This document shows positions 29,189-33,750 of a stretch of 33,750 bases of DNA, in pieces. The DNA lies in assembly GCA_050013895.1 (NCBI GenBank), contig JBEKEJ010000004.1, positions 1 through 33,750 on the forward strand. Direction: 5' to 3'. A program made the translations under genes and the position numbers. The DNA comes from Verrucomicrobiota bacterium (lineage in GTDB: Bacteria; Verrucomicrobiota; Verrucomicrobiia; Limisphaerales; UBA11358). Numbering within the stretch: the first letter of the stretch is position 1; each line of letters starts with the position of its first letter. The notes under the pieces are model-generated. The model searched no databases, was not told where the DNA came from, and saw nothing but the letters and a program-made list of their open reading frames with translations.

Positions 29189-30391
29189 GTGAATTCATTC
29201 GACGCCGAATTAACCCAGCGCCTTGTTGCTTTGCACGAACAGAACCTGTTCCGCGAACTGCGCCGCGTGGATTCACCGCAAGGGCCGCACATCAAGATCG
29301 ACGGCCAGGCGCTCCTCAATTTTTCTTCAAATGATTATCTCGGTCTTGCCAATGATCCGATTTTGAAGGAAGCGGCAATCAAGGCCGTCGAAAAATTCGG
29401 CGCGGGCGCGGGCGCGTCACGGCTCCTCTGCGGTTCGCTCGCCCCGTTTCACGAACTGGAGGAAGCGCTCGCTGATTTTAAAGAAACCGAGGCCGCACTG
29501 AGTTTTTCGTCCGGCTATGCCACGGCCATCGGCACGATTTGCGCCCTGCTCGGCCAGGACGACGTCGTCGTGCTCGACAAGCTGGTCCATGCCTGCATTG
29601 TTGACGCCGCACGGCTTTGCGGCGCAAAAATTCGCGTGTTTGCGCACAACGACGTCGATGACCTCGAAGAAAAACTAAAATGGGCGGAAAAAACCATCCA
29701 ACCTCCAACCTCCGACATCCAACCTCATAAGCGCATTCTCATGGTGACTGAGAGTATTTTCAGCATGGACGGTGACGCCTCGCCGCTGCGCGAAATGGTT
29801 GCGCTCAAAGAAAAATACGGCGCCTGGCTGATGGTGGACGAGGCGCATGCGACCGGGGTTTGCGGCAAAAACGGGCGCGGTCTGGCGGAGGAACTGGGCG
29901 TGGGCCATCGCGTCGAAATTCAGATGGGCACGCTCGGCAAGGCGCTGGGCGCGAGCGGAGGATTTATTTGCGGCTCGCGCGTGTTGATTGATTTTCTCGT
30001 CAACCGCGCCCGCAGTTTCATCTTTTCCACCGCACCGGTCCCCGCCGCGGCCGCCGCGGCGACCGCCGCCGTTCGTTTTGTTCAATCCGCCGACGGCGAA
30101 GCCCGGCGAAAAACGCTTTGGACGAGAATCGGCGAACTTCAACCAGCTATCGGCAATCGGCAATCCAAAAATCCCGGTGCCATCATTCCCATATTGATCG
30201 GCGACGAAAAGAGAACCGTCCAAGCCGCCGCCGCCTTGCGCGAACAAGGGGTTTTTATTCCCGCCATCCGCTATCCCACCGTCGCCCGCGGCAGGGCGCG
30301 CCTGCGCGCGACGCTCACGGCGTCTCATACAACCGAAGATGTCAAACGGCTCGCAGCCGCCGTCAACGAACTTGTCACCCGTAAATCGTAA
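29189..30391 (+). CDS. bioF: 8-amino-7-oxononanoate synthase
   Basis: FSSNDYLGL, GASRL, SIFSMDGD, DEAHA, GTLGKALG and AIRYPTV motifs. Confidence 0.95.
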   Translation: MNSFDAELTQRLVALHEQNLFRELRRVDSPQGPHIKIDGQALLNFSSNDYLGLANDPILKEAAIKAVEKFGAGAGASRLLCGSLAPFHELEEALADFKETEAALSFSSGYATAIGTICALLGQDDVVVLDKLVHACIVDAARLCGAKIRVFAHNDVDDLEEKLKWAEKTIQPPTSDIQPHKRILMVTESIFSMDGDASPLREMVALKEKYGAWLMVDEAHATGVCGKNGRGLAEELGVGHRVEIQMGTLGKALGASGGFICGSRVLIDFLVNRARSFIFSTAPVPAAAAAATAAVRFVQSADGEARRKTLWTRIGELQPAIGNRQSKNPGAIIPILIGDEKRTVQAAAALREQGVFIPAIRYPTVARGRARLRATLTASHTTEDVKRLAAAVNELVTRKS

Positions 30392-30404
30392 ATCCAAAAT
30401 CGAA

Positions 30405-31931
30405 ATGCACCGTCTGGCCGAGCTTGATCACCGGCACGTCTGGCATCCGTTCACGCAGATGCGCGACTGGCTGCGGTGCGACCCGAAGGTCATCGTTTCC
30501 GGCCGGGGCGCGGTGTTGCGCGACGCCAACGGCCGAAAATATCTCGACGCCAATTCATCCATCTGGACCAATCTTCACGGCCACAACCATCCGCAAATCA
30601 ACGCGGCGATTCGGCGGCAACTGGAAAAAATCGCCCACTCTTCCGCGTTGGGTCTGGCCAACGAACCGGCGTCGTTGCTGGCCAAACAATTGGTCGAAGC
30701 CGCCAATCCAAATCCTGGGAGGGACGGCATGTTGCCGTCCCAAAAGAAATCAGGGACGGCGACACGCCGTCCCTCCCTGAACAAAGTTTTTTTCTCCGAC
30801 GACGGTTCGACCGCACTCGAAGTCGCGCTCAAGCTCGCGTATGAATTCACCCGCCGCTCCGGCCGGAGCAAAAGTCCGGCATTTCTCTCGCTCGAGGGCG
30901 CGTATCACGGCGACACTGTGGGCGCGGTGGCGCTCGGCCACATTGATTTATTCCACCAAAGCTATTCCGGGCTGCTCTTCAAAACCGACAAGGTCATGTC
31001 TCCGTATTGCTATCGCTGCCCGTTCAACCGCGCGAAACCGGAACGCGCCGACGCCCGCGAATACCGCAAATGCAACTGGGAATGTGTCCGGCAAGTTGAA
31101 CACAAATTTTCCGCGCGGAAGAAACGGGGAAATTCATATGCGGCATTCGTATTCGAGCCGTTGATTCAAGGCGCGGCGGGCATGATCCCGCAGCCGGCAG
31201 GCTGGTTGAAACGCGCTGCCGAAATCGCGCGCGGCCATGGAGCTTTGCTAATCGCGGACGAAGTGTTGACGGGGTTTGGACGGACGGGACGTTCGGCGTT
31301 CCGCCTTCAGGCGGCAAAGTTGCGGGGCAAACCGCTTGAAGGCGGAACTCCAAACACATTCTTCGCCTGCCAGCACGAAGGCGTGCAGCCGGATTTCCTT
31401 TGCCTGGCCAAGGGAATGACCGGCGGTTACCTGCCGATGGCCGCAACGCTCACGACACAAACGGTCTTCGATGCCTTCCTTGGCCGATTCGATGAGTTCA
31501 AGACTTTTTTTCACGGCCACAGCTACACGGCCAATCAACTCGGCGCGGCAGCCTCGCTCGCCAGTCTGGAGATTTTGCAGAGCGCCGATTCCGCCCGCGT
31601 CCGCGCGCGCTTGCAAAAGGACCTGCACGATGAATTGCAGAATCTCTGGTCCCTGCCGAACGTCGGCGACGTCCGGCAGGCCGGTCTGATTGCCGGCGTC
31701 GAGCTGGTGAAAAACTGGCGGACGCGCCGGCCGTTCGATTTGCGCGAACGCGCGGGCATCCGCGTTTGTGAAGCGATGGCCAGGCGCGGCGTGCTGACAC
31801 GGCCCGTGGGCAACGTGATTGTCCTGATGCCGCCGTTTTGCACGACGGCGGCGCAGTTGCGCAGGATGACGAACGCGCTGCGGGATTCTTCTTTCAACTT
31901 CGGCTCCATCGCTTGGGCCCAGATTTCGTAG
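30405..31931 (+). CDS. bioA: Adenosylmethionine-8-amino-7-oxononanoate aminotransferase
   Basis: VWHPFTQM, HGHNHP, GSTALEVALK, YHGDT, DEVLTGFGRTG, AKG and HGHSY motifs. Start at ATG 30405; the C-terminus is anomalous. Confidence 0.93.
   Translation: MHRLAELDHRHVWHPFTQMRDWLRCDPKVIVSGRGAVLRDANGRKYLDANSSIWTNLHGHNHPQINAAIRRQLEKIAHSSALGLANEPASLLAKQLVEAANPNPGRDGMLPSQKKSGTATRRPSLNKVFFSDDGSTALEVALKLAYEFTRRSGRSKSPAFLSLEGAYHGDTVGAVALGHIDLFHQSYSGLLFKTDKVMSPYCYRCPFNRAKPERADAREYRKCNWECVRQVEHKFSARKKRGNSYAAFVFEPLIQGAAGMIPQPAGWLKRAAEIARGHGALLIADEVLTGFGRTGRSAFRLQAAKLRGKPLEGGTPNTFFACQHEGVQPDFLCLAKGMTGGYLPMAATLTTQTVFDAFLGRFDEFKTFFHGHSYTANQLGAAASLASLEILQSADSARVRARLQKDLHDELQNLWSLPNVGDVRQAGLIAGVELVKNWRTRRPFDLRERAGIRVCEAMARRGVLTRPVGNVIVLMPPFCTTAAQLRRMTNALRDSSFNFGSIAWAQIS
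30717..30777. repeat. GGAG REPIN in-frame in bioA
   Basis: GGGAGGGACGGCATGTTGCCGTCCC ... GGGACGGCGACACGCCGTCCCTCCC. Confidence 0.85.
31291..31355. repeat. TTCA-loop REPIN in-frame in bioA
   Basis: GTTCGGCGTTCCGCCTTCAGGCGG ... CCGCTTGAAGGCGGAACTCCAAAC. Confidence 0.85.
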
Positions 31932-32644
31932 CCGGGCTTTTCGGGATGCAGGTAGTCGTGCATCATGGCCGGTGAAATGCCGCCGTCGGCTTCGATCAAT
32001 TTGGAACCGATGTCCAGGTAGAAAATCATCTTGCCGTCATCGAATTTTTCGAGCGCCTGATTCACCTGAAGGATTCTCCCGCGCTGCGGGCTGAACGTTT
32101 TGCCGCGGGGGAAAATGCCCATCAAAATTATTTTCGTCTCCGGCAGGCGGGTGCGTATTTGTTGAATGATGGCGGTGACGCCTTCAAGGATTTCGCCTTC
32201 GGTGTTGCCTCCCCGGTCGCCGGAGTTGTTCGTGCCGATCATGACGACGGCGACTTTGGGCTTGAGGCCGTCGAGCTGCCCCTGCTCGAAACGCCAGAGG
32301 ACGTGCTCGGTGCGGTCGCCGCCGACGCCGAAGTTCAGGCACTTGCGGCCGCCGTAGAATTCCTTCCAAACGTTGCTGCCGCTGGTTTCCCAGCGCTCCG
32401 TGATCGAATCGCCGATGAACACGATGTCGCACTTCCCGGGATTTTCCCTGGCGCGTTGGAGCACCAGCGATTGGCGGTTGGTGACGCTGCCGGTGCGCGG
32501 AACAGGAATGATTGCCGTGTTGGCATGGAATTGTGTGACAACGGGCCCGTTCGTCGCAGCCGGCGCGCTGGTTTGCGCCGGCAACGTCTGGCCGAGAACG
32601 AAAGCAATGATTCCAAGGGCGAGCAAGCGGCGAATGGTTTTCAT
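31535..32644 (-). CDS. Secreted SGNH/GDSL hydrolase (PAF-acetylhydrolase-like); recognisable domain ends near 31890
   Basis: Signal peptide; FIGDSIT, GVGGD, IGTNN and DYLHP motifs. The last ~118 codons are antisense read-through into bioA. Confidence 0.85.
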   Translation of the reverse strand: MKTIRRLLALGIIAFVLGQTLPAQTSAPAATNGPVVTQFHANTAIIPVPRTGSVTNRQSLVLQRARENPGKCDIVFIGDSITERWETSGSNVWKEFYGGRKCLNFGVGGDRTEHVLWRFEQGQLDGLKPKVAVVMIGTNNSGDRGGNTEGEILEGVTAIIQQIRTRLPETKIILMGIFPRGKTFSPQRGRILQVNQALEKFDDGKMIFYLDIGSKLIEADGGISPAMMHDYLHPEKPGYEIWAQAMEPKLKEESRSAFVILRNCAAVVQNGGIRTITLPTGRVSTPRLAIASQTRMPARSRKSNGRRVRQFFTSSTPAIRPACRTSPTFGRDQRFCNSSCRSFCKRARTRAESALCKISRLASEAAAPS

Positions 32645-32777
32645 AAATTGGCGGCTCCGAGCCTGCCGGTTGAAAGCGGATTCGTCAACCCAACTTTACC
32701 GGCGGAGAACACATGAGTTGGTCGGTGATCGGTTTGCCCTGCTGAAACAAACGCGGCGAAACCGGCACGCTCGAATC

Positions 32778-33371
32778 CTATTTTTTTACCGCGCCGAGCG
32801 GCAGAACGATTTTACCGGCCAGTTCATTGAGCACCTGGGCGAGTCCCGCGTAAATGGCGGAGAAACCGCAGACAATGCCTTCGTAGCCGGTGAAGTGTTT
32901 GAACGACGCGCCCGCGCCAGTGTAGTCGCTGTAGGCCAACAGAAAGAAAAGAATCGTAAGCGACAGGAAAACGAATTGCAGAGCGCGATTCAATCGCAGC
33001 GTCCCGATGAACATGACCGCGGTGAACAGTCCCCAGATCGCAAGATAGGCGGCCATGGCTTTGTCATCAGGCGCGTTGGTCAACTGCACTTTCGGCAAAA
33101 CAAGCAGAGTCACCAGCGAAAGCCAGAAGAAGCCGTAGGAAATGAACGCGGTGGCGGCAAAGGTGTTGCCTTTTTTCCATTCCATGATGCCCGCGATCAC
33201 TTGCGCCGCGCCGCCGTAACAAATCCCCATCGCCAGAACCATGCTGTTGAGTTCATAAAAGCCGGCGTTGTGCAGGTTGAGCAGCACGGTGGTCATCCCG
33301 AAGCCGAGCAGCCCCAACGGGGCGGGATTGGCGGTGGTGTCTTTGATTTGAGTCATGTTGGGTTCAGTCAT
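32778..33371 (-). CDS. satP: Acetate/succinate transporter (GPR1/FUN34/YaaH family)
   Basis: [21 protein letters not shown] and SYGFFW motifs. Start is 33371 or 33356. Confidence 0.92.
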   Translation of the reverse strand: MTEPNMTQIKDTTANPAPLGLLGFGMTTVLLNLHNAGFYELNSMVLAMGICYGGAAQVIAGIMEWKKGNTFAATAFISYGFFWLSLVTLLVLPKVQLTNAPDDKAMAAYLAIWGLFTAVMFIGTLRLNRALQFVFLSLTILFFLLAYSDYTGAGASFKHFTGYEGIVCGFSAIYAGLAQVLNELAGKIVLPLGAVKK

Positions 33372-33646
33372 GTTCGGTTTCAGGTTGTCGTTTTGGTTTG
33401 GGCTGAAGAAACGATGACATTCCCCGCTTGACCCGGTCAAGCCTCATACGACGATGCCGGCAACCCGGAAATGCCAAAGTGACAACAAGAATTGTCCAGC
33501 GCATGAAACGAAATGGCCTTGGGCGGTTGTGCGGGTCATTGAGGATGGACTTTGATGGAACGCGCGCATTAAAAAACGAGTCCGGAATGCTGGCAAAACC
33601 CGCGTCGGCGACTGACGCCTCGAAACTCAACCCGAATTCCGAAGTT

Positions 33647-33750
33647 GGGGAGCACACCCGCCCCCGCCTTCGCCTCCGGCTTCGGCGCGGTCGCGTCGAA
33701 GCGAAGCGCAGACGGATCGGGTGTTGCTGGACGCGCCTCGCGTCCAGCCT
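33647..33750. repeat. GGGGAGC REP interrupted by a nested second palindrome; truncated by the window end
   Basis: GGGGAGCACACCCGCCC [33664-33716 insert] TCGGGTGTTGCTGGACGCGCCTCGCGTCCAGC. Confidence 0.75.

Noticed and set aside
33460-33478. TGGCA...TTGC upstream of satP as a sigma-54 site
   Set aside because: The GG-to-GC spacing is 12, not the required 10.

Overview
GC-rich bacterial chromosomal window; gene style suggests Verrucomicrobia (inference). It is mostly housekeeping genes: holA, ftsH, dusB, tRNA-Lys(CTT), mnmE, frr, parB, def, rpoN, hpf, bioF, bioA, satP. Three layers stand out. (1) Many small palindromic elements: G(T/G)AG-REP/REPIN-like doublets, CCCTCTCCC hairpins, and inverted 7-, 9- and 10-mer arrays. 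About a dozen sit in-frame inside six protein genes, as Rickettsia palindromic elements do, and copies show compensatory base changes. (2) Two tandem MITE-like units at 2714-2971 with GGCAGTG IS1/IS1595-type ends, each carrying a different REPIN; one has a clean 8-bp target duplication. (3) A complete 3287-bp IS1-family passenger element (23857-27143; 22-bp inverted repeats, 8-bp TSD AAAACTTG) inserted between the rpoN promoter and a sigma-54 site upstream of hpf. It carries three passenger ORFs and a candidate structured antisense sRNA. The bioA/GDSL junction looks like a deletion or misassembly. All calls come from reading the sequence; no searches were run.
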